The notes under the pieces are model-generated. The model did no database searches and had not been told where the DNA came from. It saw only the letters and a list, made by a program, of their open reading frames with translations. Shown in pieces: positions 20,126 to 32,359 of a stretch of DNA of 64,000 bases (the first letter of the stretch is position 1; each line of letters begins with the position of its first letter). The position numbers and the translations under genes are program-made. The stretch spans positions 246,434-310,433 of the forward strand of contig CAWGYD010000010.1 in assembly GCA_963826785.1 (NCBI GenBank). Direction: 5' to 3'. This DNA is from an uncultured delta proteobacterium. GTDB taxonomy: Bacteria; Desulfobacterota; Desulfobacteria; Desulfobacterales; Desulfosalsimonadaceae.

Positions 20126-20197
20126 ACACCCCCCTGCCCCCCCTTAAGGGGGGAATTGACAAGGTACCCTCAAAGGGATGGAATTAAAGGGGGGTGT
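20126..20197. repeat. C-run/G-run palindromic element
   Basis: ACACCCCCC...GGGGGGTGT enclosing CCCCCCTTAAGGGGGG. Confidence 0.75.
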
Positions 20198-20247
20198 GCT
20201 TTTGGCGACCGCCGTCGGTCGGAATACATCTTTGATGGGTCATCATT

Positions 20248-21051
20248 TTATTTGCCCTTGAATTCGGGTGTGCGCTTGTCGAATATGGCGTCCAGGGCTT
20301 CCAGGTGATCTTCGGTATTGTGGCACAGGGCCTGGCAGGCCGCAGATTGATCGAGCAGGTGTTTGAGCCCAATCTCCTGCCCGGCGTATAGCAGGCGCTT
20401 GGCCATGCGCAGGGCTTCGGGGGGCATCAGGGCGATTTTTCGCGCCAGTTTCAGGCTTTCTTCCATAAGCTGCTCGTGGGGGGCCACGTCGTTGACCAGC
20501 CCGATCTCGAGCGCCCGCCGGGCGCTGATGATCTCGCCGGTAAAGGTCATTTCGCAGGCCCGGGCCATCCCCACTGCCCGGGGGAGGAAATAGGCGCCGC
20601 CGTCCCCGGGAATCAGCCCCACGGTTAAAAAGGTCTCCCCGAAACGGGCTTTTTCCGAGGCCACGCGCATGTCGCACATGAGGGCCAGGTCGCACCCCGC
20701 ACCGATGGCCGGGCCGTTGACCGCGGCAATGGTGGGAATTTCCACCCCGTGGACGGCCAGGGGGATTTGCTGGATGTTTTTCCGGTAATTTTCCATGAGC
20801 CTGGCCGGTGATCCGCCAAACATCCCCTTTTTCGCCGCCATGTCCTTGATGTTGCCGCCGGAGGAAAAGGCGGGATCAGCCCCCGTGATGATCAGCACCT
20901 TGATGGAAAGATCCGCATTGACCATAGCGCAGACGGCTTCCACTTCGGCAATCACGGCCTCGCCGGTAATGGCGTTTCGGATGTCCGGCCGGTTGAGCGT
21001 CAGGGTGGCGATTCCACCAGATGCCTCATAACGGATTTCGGTAAAATTCAT
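20248..21051 (-). CDS. Enoyl-CoA hydratase/isomerase family protein
   Basis: LNRPDIRNA, AFSSGGNI, AAVNGPAIGAG, GLIPGDGG. Confidence 0.92.
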   Translation of the reverse strand: MNFTEIRYEASGGIATLTLNRPDIRNAITGEAVIAEVEAVCAMVNADLSIKVLIITGADPAFSSGGNIKDMAAKKGMFGGSPARLMENYRKNIQQIPLAVHGVEIPTIAAVNGPAIGAGCDLALMCDMRVASEKARFGETFLTVGLIPGDGGAYFLPRAVGMARACEMTFTGEIISARRALEIGLVNDVAPHEQLMEESLKLARKIALMPPEALRMAKRLLYAGQEIGLKHLLDQSAACQALCHNTEDHLEALDAIFDKRTPEFKGK

Positions 21052-21228
21052 GATTCCCCCTCTCCTCTATAGATGATGCCAGGCTGCCCGTATCGTTTTC
21101 CGCTTCCGAAAATCCCCCCTTGCCCCCCTTTTTCTCAGGGGGGTAAAAACAAAAGATAGCTTCTTCTGGAGCGAAATGGATTTTTAATCGGCTTTTTTTC
21201 CTCAGTCAAATTCCAGGGGACCGGTCCC

Positions 21229-21397
21229 TGGCGGGCGCGTGAACAGGGATCTGGAGAGCGGAAATTTGAGATTTTTGCATTAAATGCCGAAAACGCGGGT
21301 TTGCCTATTCCCGAACCCGAAGAATTCAGCCGATCCCCTTTGCCCGCACTGCAAAAAGATCACTGAAGCGACCAGATCCCTGTTTGCGCGCCCGCCA
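21229..21397. repeat. 169-bp element with 26-bp terminal inverted repeats
   Basis: TGGCGGGCGCGTGAACAGGGATCTGG / CCAGATCCCTGTTTGCGCGCCCGCCA. Confidence 0.7.
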
Positions 21398-21601
21398 AGC
21401 CGAGCATGGTCACGGTCACGGTGACGGTCAAGATCATGGTCAAATCGAAAATATCGAATCTAAAAGTCTGATTCGATGATTTAACGAAGCCTCAACTTTC
21501 TGGATTCCGGCTAAAAGACTGCCGGAATGACAGAGAGAGGAGGGTCTTGAACAATTATCTCATTTATAGATGGGTACAAATTAATTTATGCTGAACAAAA
21601 A

Positions 21602-22342
21602 CTAAATGGAAAACCGCCACGCACAGAACCATTCATCCGGGTGCGGATCCGGCGGGCAGCCCACGCATTCGGTCTTGATGCGATCATCGATGGCCCGGGC
21701 AAACTGGGTGTATTCCACAAGGCCCCCGCTCTTGCAGGGGTAATCCTGAAGCCCTTTGCGTTTGCGGGCGGACTGGACCCGGCAGTCCTCCATCCGGAAG
21801 AGGATCGTGTCCGGCCCCTCGTCCACAATGGACTGGACATTGATGTTGGCATATACCCTGAATTTCAACGCTTTTTTCAATCCCTCCAGGCCGGGGTGTT
21901 CGTCCATGTTGAAAAACTTCTTGATGGACCAGGCCTCAAACGGCGAAAAATGGGCCCACGTGGAATCGTTGCAGCGCTTGGCGTCATTCATGCCGTGCGC
22001 AAATTCCACCGACTGGAACCAGACCCCGTCATTGACCAGCCAGTTGGCGGATACCGCTTTGACCAGTTCCAGGAGGGTGTCCCGGGACAGATTGGAAAGC
22101 GGCGCTGGCATTCCGTTTTTAACCTCAAACCCCAGGGTCTTGCCCAGGCGCTTGAGCTGAATATCGAGCCCCTTTGAAGTCGCTTCCTCCAGGGCGTTCA
22201 TGGCAAGCCGGGTCCCCATCTGGTGCTTGACCTCATTGAACCAGAAGGCATAATGCATCACCGTGCGGTGCAGAATGTTAATGACATAGCGGGCCAGTTC
22301 CTCGTTTGAAAGATCTTCTATCGTTTGGGTCGGTTCAGTCAT
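21602..22342 (-). CDS. DUF6125-like Cys-containing cytosolic protein
   Basis: WLVNDGVWFQSVE, CRVQSARKRKG..YPC, CVGCPPD....WFCAWRF. Confidence 0.7.
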   Translation of the reverse strand: MTEPTQTIEDLSNEELARYVINILHRTVMHYAFWFNEVKHQMGTRLAMNALEEATSKGLDIQLKRLGKTLGFEVKNGMPAPLSNLSRDTLLELVKAVSANWLVNDGVWFQSVEFAHGMNDAKRCNDSTWAHFSPFEAWSIKKFFNMDEHPGLEGLKKALKFRVYANINVQSIVDEGPDTILFRMEDCRVQSARKRKGLQDYPCKSGGLVEYTQFARAIDDRIKTECVGCPPDPHPDEWFCAWRFSI

Positions 22343-22368
22343 TTTAAATTTCCTGTATTGGCTATTTT

Positions 22369-24327
<1,959 letters not shown>

Positions 24328-24363
24328 TCTTTCCTCTGTCTCGATTTGGTTTTCGATGAAATT

Positions 24364-24491
24364 GACGGCCTCGTAAAAAGTCCAAAGTGGGTCACCCCGG
24401 CGCAAGGCCGGGTCCAGAACCGATAAAAACTGGATTCCGGCCTTCGCCGGAATGACGGCAACCCAGTTTTCAGACCTTTGACGTCTCCATC
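24364..24491. mobile_element. Divergent copy of the 132-bp MITE family
   Basis: GACGGCCTCGTAAAAAGTC left end, REP-like doublet inside, degenerate right end ending CATC. Confidence 0.65.
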
Positions 24492-24570
24492 AAAATTGAA
24501 TCCTGCTGCAAACGGATCAATGAAATAGTGAATGTTGTTAATGAATTTGAAGTGCGATCTATTTATCTAC

Positions 24571-24625
24571 CCATCATTCCATTACTCCATTACTCCATTA
24601 TTCCATCAATTCCATTACTCCATTA
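24571..24625. repeat. Short tandem repeat (CCATTACT)n, degenerate
   Basis: About seven 8-mer units. Confidence 0.8.
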
Positions 24626-24632
24626 TAGCTTG

Positions 24633-25652
24633 CTACACCCGGCCGGTCAGTTCCTTGGGAATGCGACCGCTGTGGGCGCTTTCGGAGCGCAGGCGCCGGC
24701 CCAGGATCTTTTCGGCCATGCGGCCGATGGAAAGCACCCGGTCCACATCCAGTCCCGTGTCGATGCCCATTTCATCCATCATCACCACCATGTCCTCGGT
24801 GGAAACCAGGCCGGTGATGGTGGGATCTTCGTAGTAGTACTTGCCGGTGCCCGCCACGGGCACGCCGGAAACGAAATTGGCCGGCTGGCCGCCGGTGCCG
24901 CCGATGGTGGATTCAAAATGGGTGATCCCGGCCTGGAGCGCGGCCAGCACGTTGGCCAGCCCCCATCCCCGGGTCACATGAAAATGGGCCAGGTGAAGAT
25001 CGGGATTGGGCATGGCATCTAAAATCATTGAAAAATATTCATACACCTTGTTGGGCGGCGCGGACCCGTCATGGTCCGCATGCTCGATATCGTCGGCGCC
25101 GATGTCAAGCCAGCGCCGGGTGAACTCCACCGCTTTTTTGAGCTCAGTGGGCCCTTCGATGGGGCATCCCCAGATGGTGCTCACCGTGCCGCACACCTTC
25201 ATGCCGGCATCATGGGCGATGGGGATGTATTTTTCACACATCTTCCAGTATTCCTCCAGAGACAGGCCGGAATTGGTGCGGTGATGGGATTCGCTGGTGG
25301 ACACCATGAACAGGATCCGGTCCGGGCCGTGGCCCGCCTGGCGGGCGGCAATGGCCCGATCCACGGCCCGCTCCCGGATGGTGATGGAGGTGGTTTCCAC
25401 CTCGTCCAAGAGGTGCTTTACTTTTTTGCTGGCAAACAGCCGCTTGTAAATCTCATCGGCATCTTTGAACTGCGGCATCCCCTTGGGATTTCCAAAATTG
25501 GTGACTTCAAGCCGCCTGAATCCGGCAAGAATCAGCTCTTCAAGCATCCACAGCTTGGCATCCGTGGGCACGAACTGTTCTTCATGCTGAAACCCGTCTC
25601 GAACGGTGATATCACCAATAACCACTTTTTTGGGGAATTTCATTTCGGCCAT
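24633..25652 (-). CDS. HMG-CoA lyase-like (DRE-TIM metallolyase)
   Basis: VRDGFQHE, STIWGCP, HFHVTRG, GGTGG, STEDMV; sits within the leucine catabolic cluster. Confidence 0.85.
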   Translation of the reverse strand: MAEMKFPKKVVIGDITVRDGFQHEEQFVPTDAKLWMLEELILAGFRRLEVTNFGNPKGMPQFKDADEIYKRLFASKKVKHLLDEVETTSITIRERAVDRAIAARQAGHGPDRILFMVSTSESHHRTNSGLSLEEYWKMCEKYIPIAHDAGMKVCGTVSTIWGCPIEGPTELKKAVEFTRRWLDIGADDIEHADHDGSAPPNKVYEYFSMILDAMPNPDLHLAHFHVTRGWGLANVLAALQAGITHFESTIGGTGGQPANFVSGVPVAGTGKYYYEDPTITGLVSTEDMVVMMDEMGIDTGLDVDRVLSIGRMAEKILGRRLRSESAHSGRIPKELTGRV

Positions 25653-25760
25653 AACGCCCTCCTCATATCGATTTCATGTGAATGTTTTTCATTTTCCCGT
25701 ACACGTGTACGCGCACGGGCACGGGCACTGGGGTTAACCGTTTCCGTCCGGGTCGGGATA

Positions 25761-27351
25761 TCAAAACCGCACGTTTCCAAAACTCGGCTCGCCGATGGGT
25801 TTGAGCAGACTGACTTCAAAGGCCATGGCCAGCCAGTCGCGGATCTCGCAGAATTTGAGCACCCGGTCGTTGAGCAGACGGGAACTGCAGAAAAAGGGAT
25901 GGGCCTCTCCGTCGTATTTGTCCATCATCATCCTGAAAAAGGCATCCTTTTCCTCCTGGGACATGGGGTTTCCTTTGACTTCACGCTTGCGCTCCTCGAT
26001 GGAAAGCAGCACCCCGCCGGCGCTGCGGCCGCTCATGACCGCGGTGCGGCCCCGCATGGTGGTGAAGAGGAAATTGGGGCGATACGCCCGGCCGCACATG
26101 CCGTAGTTGGCCGCCCCATTGTCCGGGCCGATCACCATCTGGATCCGGGGCACCTGGGCGCAGGAAACGGAGCGCACCATGTCCGACCCGTATTTGCCGA
26201 TGCCGTTGTGCTCCGATTCAGAGCCCACCATGTATCCGGGGGAGGCCTGGAGAAACAGCAGGGGGATTTTTTCATAACTGCACCGGGTGATCCACTCCGC
26301 CGCCTTGCGGGCGGCTTCCTCGAAGATGACCCCGATCTTGTTGGAGGCGATGACCCCTATGGGGAGTCCCTTCAGCCGGATTTTTCCGGTAATGAGATTG
26401 TCGCCCCGGCCCGGCGCATAATTTTTCTTGTATTCGGCAAAGTAGCTGTCATCGGCGAATGTGGCCAGTATGGCCCGGGTATCGATTCCCTGGTGAATGG
26501 CCGCCGGCAGCAGATCATAGATGCTGTTGGGGTCCACCTGGGGCTCGCGCTCCTCGTACCGGTGCAGGTGGATTTTCTGGGGCGGCTCCAGCGAGAGGAT
26601 CTCCCGCACCGTGGCGATGGCTTCATCCTGGTTGCCGCAGAAGTGGTCCGCCCCGCCGGAGACATGGGTATGGACCCGGGCGCCGCCGAGGTCTTCGGCG
26701 GAGATCACCTCGCCGGTGGCCATTTTCACCAGGGGAGGCCCGCCCAGGAAAGAATAGGACATCTTATCGATCATGACCGACTGGCAGGCCATGAAAACGA
26801 TGTAGGCGCCGCCGGCCGTGTTGCCGCCGGTGCTCAGGGTGATCTGCTTGATCCCCTTGGCGGACATGCGGGCCATGTTGTAAAACATGGTGCCGAAATG
26901 CTGGTCGTCCGGGAAAACATCTGCCTGCATGGGAAGAAACGCCCCGCCCGAATCGGCGATATAAACGCAGTTGAGCCCGTTCTGCTCGGCGATGGCCTGG
27001 GCCCGCATGTGCTTTTTCAGGGTAATGGGAAAATACGTCCCGGCCTTGACCCGGCTGTCGTTGGCAAAGATCATGGTCCAGTTGCCGCCGATTTTTCCCA
27101 CACCGGTGACCACGCCGCCGCACGGGACATCTTCCACATCCGGGTAGTTTACCCCGAAGCCCGCAATCGAGCTGAGTTCATAAAACTGTGTGCCCGGATC
27201 GATCAGCAAACCGATCAGCTCCCGGACCGGTTTCTTTCCCTGTTTTTTGAGATGGCTCACCGCCTTTTCGCCACCCGGCCACATGGCCTGGTTCACCCGT
27301 TCATCGAGTTTCTGTTCTTCTGATTCCCAGTGGCGTTCGATTTTCAGTCAT
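25761..27351 (-). CDS. Acyl-CoA carboxylase carboxyltransferase subunit (methylcrotonyl-CoA carboxylase beta-like); frameshift near 27335
   Basis: KAGTY, DSGGAFLPMQ, TAGGAY, EDLGGA..H...SG, GYMVG...E, GAANYGMCG; ATG at 27351 is one base out of frame. Confidence 0.9.
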
Positions 27352-27398
27352 GCTGTTTCCTTATCGTTTGTAATCCATTGACGATTGAATATGTATTG

Positions 27399-27544
27399 AG
27401 TGATTGAACGAAAAGTGCAGATCTGGGTTCAAGACATAAGTCCCAGGAATATTTCGACCGGAGGCGCAGCAGCCGGCGCTGAGGATCAAAAAATTTCCGA
27501 GAACGCAGTATTGGGCCAAAAGAGGTGACTTTCGTTCACGCACT
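27399..27544. repeat. Palindromic miniature element, family B copy 1
   Basis: TGAACGAAAAGT...ACTTTCGTTCA ends; core TTTCGACCGGAG..GCAG..TGAGGATC..TTCCGAGAACGCAGTATTG shared with 28374-28517. Confidence 0.75.
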
Positions 27545-28325
27545 ATTTGCCTTTGTACACCGGCTTTCGCTTTTCCCGGAAGGCGGCAAGGCCTTCCAGG
27601 CGGTCCTCGGTGGGGATGCAGATCCAGTAGGCGTTTGATTCAATGGCCATTCCCGTGTGAATGTCGGTCTCAATCCCCGCATCAATGGCATACTTGGCCT
27701 GCTGGATGGCAATGGGGCCGCCTTCGCAGATCAGTGCGGCCATTTTCTTTGATTCGGTCAGCAGCTGGTCCGGTTCGCAGATCTTGTTCACCAGGCCGAT
27801 ATCCAGGGCTTCGGCGGCGTCCACCCGCCTTCCCGTAAAAATCAATTCCTTGGCCTTGCCCCGGCCGATCAGGCGGGGAAGCCGCTGGGTTCCGCCGGCC
27901 CCGGGGATAATGGCCAGACGGGTTTCCGTCAGGCCCATTTTGGCGTTGGTTGATGCGATCCGGATGTCGCAGGCCAGGGCCATCTCGGTCCCTCCCCCCA
28001 GGGCCACGCCGTTGACCGCTGCAATTACCGGTTTATTGAGGTTCTCGATACTGGAGAACAGGGTCCGGATGGTGTAGATGAACTTTTTCACCTCCTGCTC
28101 GGCCAGGGTGATCCGCTCCTTTAAATCCGCCCCGGCGCAAAACGCCTTCTCCCCGGCGCCGGTGATGATCACCACCCTCACGCCGGGATTGAACCGGAGA
28201 TCGTCTATGGCATCCTTCAGATCGTTCAAGAGCGCAAAATTCATCGAATTCATCACATCCGGCCGGTTCAAGGTCAGCACGGCCACCTGGTCGGTGATAT
28301 CAACATTTAACACGGTATCAGTCAT
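27543..28325 (-). CDS. Enoyl-CoA hydratase (probable methylglutaconyl-CoA hydratase)
   Basis: AFCAGADLKER, ALGGGTEMALACD, GLTETRLAIIPGAGGTQRLPR; cluster context. Confidence 0.9.
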   Translation of the reverse strand: MTDTVLNVDITDQVAVLTLNRPDVMNSMNFALLNDLKDAIDDLRFNPGVRVVIITGAGEKAFCAGADLKERITLAEQEVKKFIYTIRTLFSSIENLNKPVIAAVNGVALGGGTEMALACDIRIASTNAKMGLTETRLAIIPGAGGTQRLPRLIGRGKAKELIFTGRRVDAAEALDIGLVNKICEPDQLLTESKKMAALICEGGPIAIQQAKYAIDAGIETDIHTGMAIESNAYWICIPTEDRLEGLAAFREKRKPVYKGK

Positions 28326-28373
28326 ATTCCCTCCAACGTAATGATTTAGCTTGGACCTAATGAGTGCCTCCTG

Positions 28374-28517
28374 ATTCCTGAATCCGAAAGTGTAGATTTT
28401 GGGTCAAGACAAGGCCGCAGGAATTTTTCGACCGGAGACGTAGCAGCGCTACGTTGAGGATCGAAGAGTTCCGAGAACGCAGTATTGAGCCGAAAGATGC
28501 ACATTCGGATCAGGAAT
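28374..28517. repeat. Palindromic miniature element, family B copy 2
   Basis: ATTCCTGAATCCGAA...TTCGGATCAGGAAT ends; same core as 27399-27544. Confidence 0.75.
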
Positions 28518-29666
28518 TCAGCATCCGATATATCTTGAGATCACCAGACGCTGAACTTCCGACGTCCCTTCCCCGATATCGAGCAGCTTCTGATCCCGGA
28601 AAAAACGCTCCACGTTGTATTCCTTCATCAGGCCGTAACCGCCGTGGATCTGGACCGCGTTGTCGGCAATCCGTCCCATCATCTCCGAGCAATAGACCTT
28701 GGCCATGGCGGCCTCTTTCTGGAAGGGCCGGTTATGATCTTTCAGCCAGCAGGCCTTGTACAGAAGGTTTCGGGCGCATTCCAGCTCGATGGCGGCATCC
28801 GCAAGTTTAAAGGCCACAGCCTGGTACTTGGCTATGGGTTTTCCAAACTGCTCGCGCTTTTTGGCATACTTCAATGCCATTTCAAAGGCCCCCTGCGCGC
28901 CTCCCAGCCCCATGGAGCCGATGGAGAGCCGGCCGCCGTCTAAGGTTTTGAGCATCTGGTGGAACCCTTCTCCCTTCTTCCCCAGAATGTTTTCTTTGGG
29001 GATGCGCACATCGTCGAAATACAGTTCGGCCGTATTGGAGGCACGCCACATCATTTTCTTGTGCATGGGAACCGCCTTGAATCCGCGGGTGCCGTGCTCC
29101 ACCAGGAAGCAGGAGTATTCGGGCCGGCCGTCCGGCTTGTGACCGGTGATGGCCTGCACGGTTACGCCCAGGGACAATTCACATGCCGCGTTGGTGATAA
29201 AAATCTTGGAGCCGTTGATGACCCATTCATTGCCGTCGAGCACGGCGGTGGTCTTGCTCCCCCCGGCATCCGAACCGGCCGTGGGTTCGGTCAGTCCGAA
29301 TCCCCACAGTTTTTCGCCGGTGCACAGCTTGGGCAGGTATTTCTTTTTCTGTTCCTCGGTGCCGAAATAATAGATGGGGCCAATCCCCAGAGAATTTCCC
29401 GCCGCCACCGTGGCCGCCTGGGAGCCGTCCACCCGGGCGATTTCTTCCACCGCGATGATATAGGAAATGTAATCGAGTTCCTGTCCGCCATAACGCTCCG
29501 ACACGAACATGCCGAATACGCCGATCTCCCCCATTTTCCGGGTCAATTCGGCAGAGAACGTCTCGGTTTCATCGAGTTCCTGGGCTACCGGAGCGATCAC
29601 ATGCTCGGCAAACTTCCGGACTTCCTTGCGGATCATCTCCTGCTGTTTGCTAAGATCAAAATCCAA
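28518..29666 (-). CDS. Acyl-CoA dehydrogenase (probable isovaleryl-CoA dehydrogenase)
   Basis: GLTEPTAGSD, NGSKIFITNA, REQFGKPI, QIHGGYG, IGEGTSEVQR; TTG start with AGGAGG RBS. Confidence 0.93.
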   Translation of the reverse strand: MDFDLSKQQEMIRKEVRKFAEHVIAPVAQELDETETFSAELTRKMGEIGVFGMFVSERYGGQELDYISYIIAVEEIARVDGSQAATVAAGNSLGIGPIYYFGTEEQKKKYLPKLCTGEKLWGFGLTEPTAGSDAGGSKTTAVLDGNEWVINGSKIFITNAACELSLGVTVQAITGHKPDGRPEYSCFLVEHGTRGFKAVPMHKKMMWRASNTAELYFDDVRIPKENILGKKGEGFHQMLKTLDGGRLSIGSMGLGGAQGAFEMALKYAKKREQFGKPIAKYQAVAFKLADAAIELECARNLLYKACWLKDHNRPFQKEAAMAKVYCSEMMGRIADNAVQIHGGYGLMKEYNVERFFRDQKLLDIGEGTSEVQRLVISRYIGC

Positions 29667-29715
29667 CGCCAACCTCCTTTTTCATTTCAAAGTATCCGAA
29701 CCTGAAATGGCATAA

Positions 29716-29856
29716 ATGAATTATCCTCGAATCATGACGGGCATTCCGCCGGCATGAGAAAATCAACTACTCTATCGAAAATTATCGAACTGCGATACGG
29801 GGCCGATCCGCCGCTGAAATATGGATAAATATCAAAATTGCGAATCATCCTCATTT
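29716..29856. promoter_or_regulatory. Two candidate TetR operator sites GAAT(C/T)ATCCTC
   Basis: Motif at 29718-29728 and 29842-29852; third copy at 31097-31107 upstream of the tetR gene. Confidence 0.5.
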
Positions 29857-29871
29857 ATCGATACCGCCTTT

Positions 29872-31032
29872 TTACACCTTGATCGCATTGATGAACAGGT
29901 GCGATACCTCATCGCCGATGGTGGACATGTCATACGCCCGGTTGAAGATGATCCATGGAATGATGATGTGGTCAATGGTCCCGAACAATAGATTCTCGCA
30001 GATGTCCCAGTCCAGGTCGCTTTTGAAGATATTTTCTTCCTGCCCCTTGATGATGACCCGCCGGATCTGTTCAAAAATCTTTTCAATGATCCGGATACCG
30101 CCTGAATGATGAAATTTCCGGTTGGTTCTGAGCATCAGGACCAGAAGCGTGGTGTATTCCTTTTCGTCATTGTAGAATCGAAATATCCGGGAAATGATCT
30201 CCGTGATCTGGGCTTCCAGCGAATTTCCCCGCACCCGGTCATAGAGGCTGCTCAATTTTTCGTCCGGAATGCTGATCAGCAGGTTTTCCTTGCTGGAATA
30301 ATATTCATAAACCGTGCCTTCCGCCACATCGGCATTCTTCGCGATCTCCAGCATGCTGGTGTCGTTGAATCCTTTTTCCGCAAAAAGCGACAGGGCCGCA
30401 TTGATGATCCGGTTCTTCTTTTCATCTTTCTTGTTGACGACGTTTGATGTTTCCGGATGCGGACGGACGGAGTTGAGGACCAGATCGGCGATGGTCTCCG
30501 CCTGGTCGAGGGAATTGGAGGAATCCTTCAGGGTCCAGTTGATGGCGATGTGGTCCACTGTTCCCAGGATCATGTCCCGCAGGATCATGGCAGATGACAA
30601 ACCGACAAAACTGCCGTCTCTCATGCCTTCATCGATGATGGCGGTCATCAAACCGGCATAGTTCTTCAGGGCGGTGTAGGCTTTGGATGCGTAGAAACGG
30701 GGGTAGGAGCGCGACTCCAAGACGATTTTGATTTCGTTCTTGTTGCCCGAATAGACCTTGCAGTGAAACCAGATCGCCTTGCGCAGCTTGTTTTCCGCAC
30801 CGGCGATCCCCTGAAGATGATCCTTCAGTCCCAGGTAGCAGGCACTGAGAAAATTGTCGATGACGGCAAAAAGAACGGCTTCCTTGCTTTTAAAATAGGT
30901 ATAGATGGCCGTCGGCCCCAGGTCCGCCCCCCTGGCGATCTCGGATACCGTTGCATCGGCAAACCCTTTTTCGGAAAATACCCGGGTCGCGGATTCAAGG
31001 ATGGCTGTTTTTTTAAGTGTCGATCGATCCAT
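29872..31032 (-). CDS. Tandem double TetR/AcrR family regulator
   Basis: Two HTH modules: FSEKGF..ATVSEIA...IYTYFKSKE and FAEKGF..TSMLEIA...VYEYYSSKE. Confidence 0.92.
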   Translation of the reverse strand: MDRSTLKKTAILESATRVFSEKGFADATVSEIARGADLGPTAIYTYFKSKEAVLFAVIDNFLSACYLGLKDHLQGIAGAENKLRKAIWFHCKVYSGNKNEIKIVLESRSYPRFYASKAYTALKNYAGLMTAIIDEGMRDGSFVGLSSAMILRDMILGTVDHIAINWTLKDSSNSLDQAETIADLVLNSVRPHPETSNVVNKKDEKKNRIINAALSLFAEKGFNDTSMLEIAKNADVAEGTVYEYYSSKENLLISIPDEKLSSLYDRVRGNSLEAQITEIISRIFRFYNDEKEYTTLLVLMLRTNRKFHHSGGIRIIEKIFEQIRRVIIKGQEENIFKSDLDWDICENLLFGTIDHIIIPWIIFNRAYDMSTIGDEVSHLFINAIKV

Positions 31033-31361
31033 TGCTGTCTTTTTGAGGCAAACCGAGCCCGGTTAGTTATCGGCGGGCAGAATGGGTGAAAAAAATGAAT
31101 CATCCTCAATTTAAATCTCTTATTGAGGGATATTTGTTTTTCATGGTCCTGTCAAGCGCAAAATAAAGAATTGTTTTCATCTCCTGAGACATATCCGTGA
31201 TCTGAAAGTGCAGATTTTTTTCATGGGCCCGTCTTGACAGCACCTATCCGGTGATTTATTTTTTGATTGAAAAAGGAACATAACAAACTGATTTACTGAG
31301 GTTATCATTTTCTAATGGATATTTTTTTCATCTTTTTAGAAGGTTTAAGGAGGTGATTGAT

Positions 31362-31640
31362 ATGGCGAATCTGGTACCCTGGAGAAAGCGAAAAACCGCT
31401 CCCGAAATAAATTTTTCCAATGACCTAAACTGCAGGGTCGACCCTTTCACACCGGATCGCATTCATCCCTTTTCAATATTTGATACCAATGGAATCTGGC
31501 CCCGGGTGGACATCCTCGAAACCGGGGATAAGATTACGATTGAGGCTGAAATTGCCGGCATGAAAAAAGAGGATATCGATGTTTCCATCAAAGATCGCAT
31601 TGAGATGAAAAAAACCCGACCGAACGCTTCATCCAAGATT
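31362..31640 (+). pseudogene. Truncated Hsp20 gene
   Basis: MANLVPW...WPRVDILET...AEIAGMKKEDIDVSI, then homology stops; lacks the RRF/GVL half; MITE follows. Confidence 0.7.
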
Positions 31641-31772
31641 GATGACCCCGTAAAAAGTCCGAAGTTCGTCACTCCGGTGAAAACCGGAGTCTATAACCAA
31701 CTTAGTTGGTAGTAGATTCCGGCCTCCGCCGGAATGACGAAAGCGTAAAATCCGACTTTTTAAGGCTTCATC
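31641..31772. mobile_element. 132-bp MITE (family A) carrying a REP-like doublet
   Basis: TIR GATGACCCCGTAAAAAGTC / GACTTTTTAAGGCTTCATC; AAGATT direct repeat on both sides; near-identical to 57992-58123 and 62430-62561. Confidence 0.85.
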
Positions 31773-31865
31773 AAGATTGAAGTAAAGACTCGATCATAGA
31801 TCGATTGGCCAGATGGCAGATGCCAAATACAAACCGGAGAACCGAAAAAAAAGGAGGTATTTGAA

Positions 31866-32321
31866 ATGATTACCACACAGTTTTTCAATTTGCCTTTTTC
31901 CCGCTGGCAGCCCCATTTCAGTGAACTCGATCGTATGCGCCGGCAGCTGGACCGGCTTCTCGATCCCGAGCGAACGGTCTTCAGGGCGCCCGTGGCAGGT
32001 GTCTTCCCCATGATCAATCTGACGGAGGATAAGGACAATTATTTCATCCGGTCCGAACTCCCCGGCATCAAGGCGGAAGACCTCGACCTCCAGATCACCA
32101 ATAACCAGGTTTCCATCACGGGTGAGCGCAAACTTCAGCATGGGGATGAAAATGCTAAATTTCACCGAAGAGAAAGAGATGCGGGCCGATTTTCAAGAAT
32201 GATCACGCTTCCGGGAAAAATCGAACCGGATCAGGTCGAGGCCAAGTTGAAAGACGGGGTGCTGACGCTCAGGATCCCCAAGGCCGAGATCGCAAAACCC
32301 CGGCAGATTCAGATCCAGTAA
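31866..32321 (+). CDS. Hsp20/alpha-crystallin small heat-shock protein
   Basis: FPMINL.E, ELPG, GERK, RRER..G.FSR...LP, GVLTL.IPK. Confidence 0.93.
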   Translation: MITTQFFNLPFSRWQPHFSELDRMRRQLDRLLDPERTVFRAPVAGVFPMINLTEDKDNYFIRSELPGIKAEDLDLQITNNQVSITGERKLQHGDENAKFHRRERDAGRFSRMITLPGKIEPDQVEAKLKDGVLTLRIPKAEIAKPRQIQIQ

Positions 32322-32359
32322 CCTTTTAATAAGCGCCCCAACGTGAAGGAGGACTGAAC

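Noticed and set aside
25696..25730. CACGGG-type hexamer repeats as a functional site
   Set aside because: Short, low-complexity intergenic repeat with no supporting evidence
25071..27323. 750-aa plus-strand ORF, and other long antisense ORFs such as 7050-8189, 39711-40970 and 50477-51484
   Set aside because: Shadows of well-supported minus-strand genes in GC-rich DNA; no recognisable motifs
31033..31361. CIRCE or ROSE element before the hsp20 cluster
   Set aside because: No TTAGCACTC-N9-GAGTGCTAA and no clear ROSE motif; only a possible TTGACA -35
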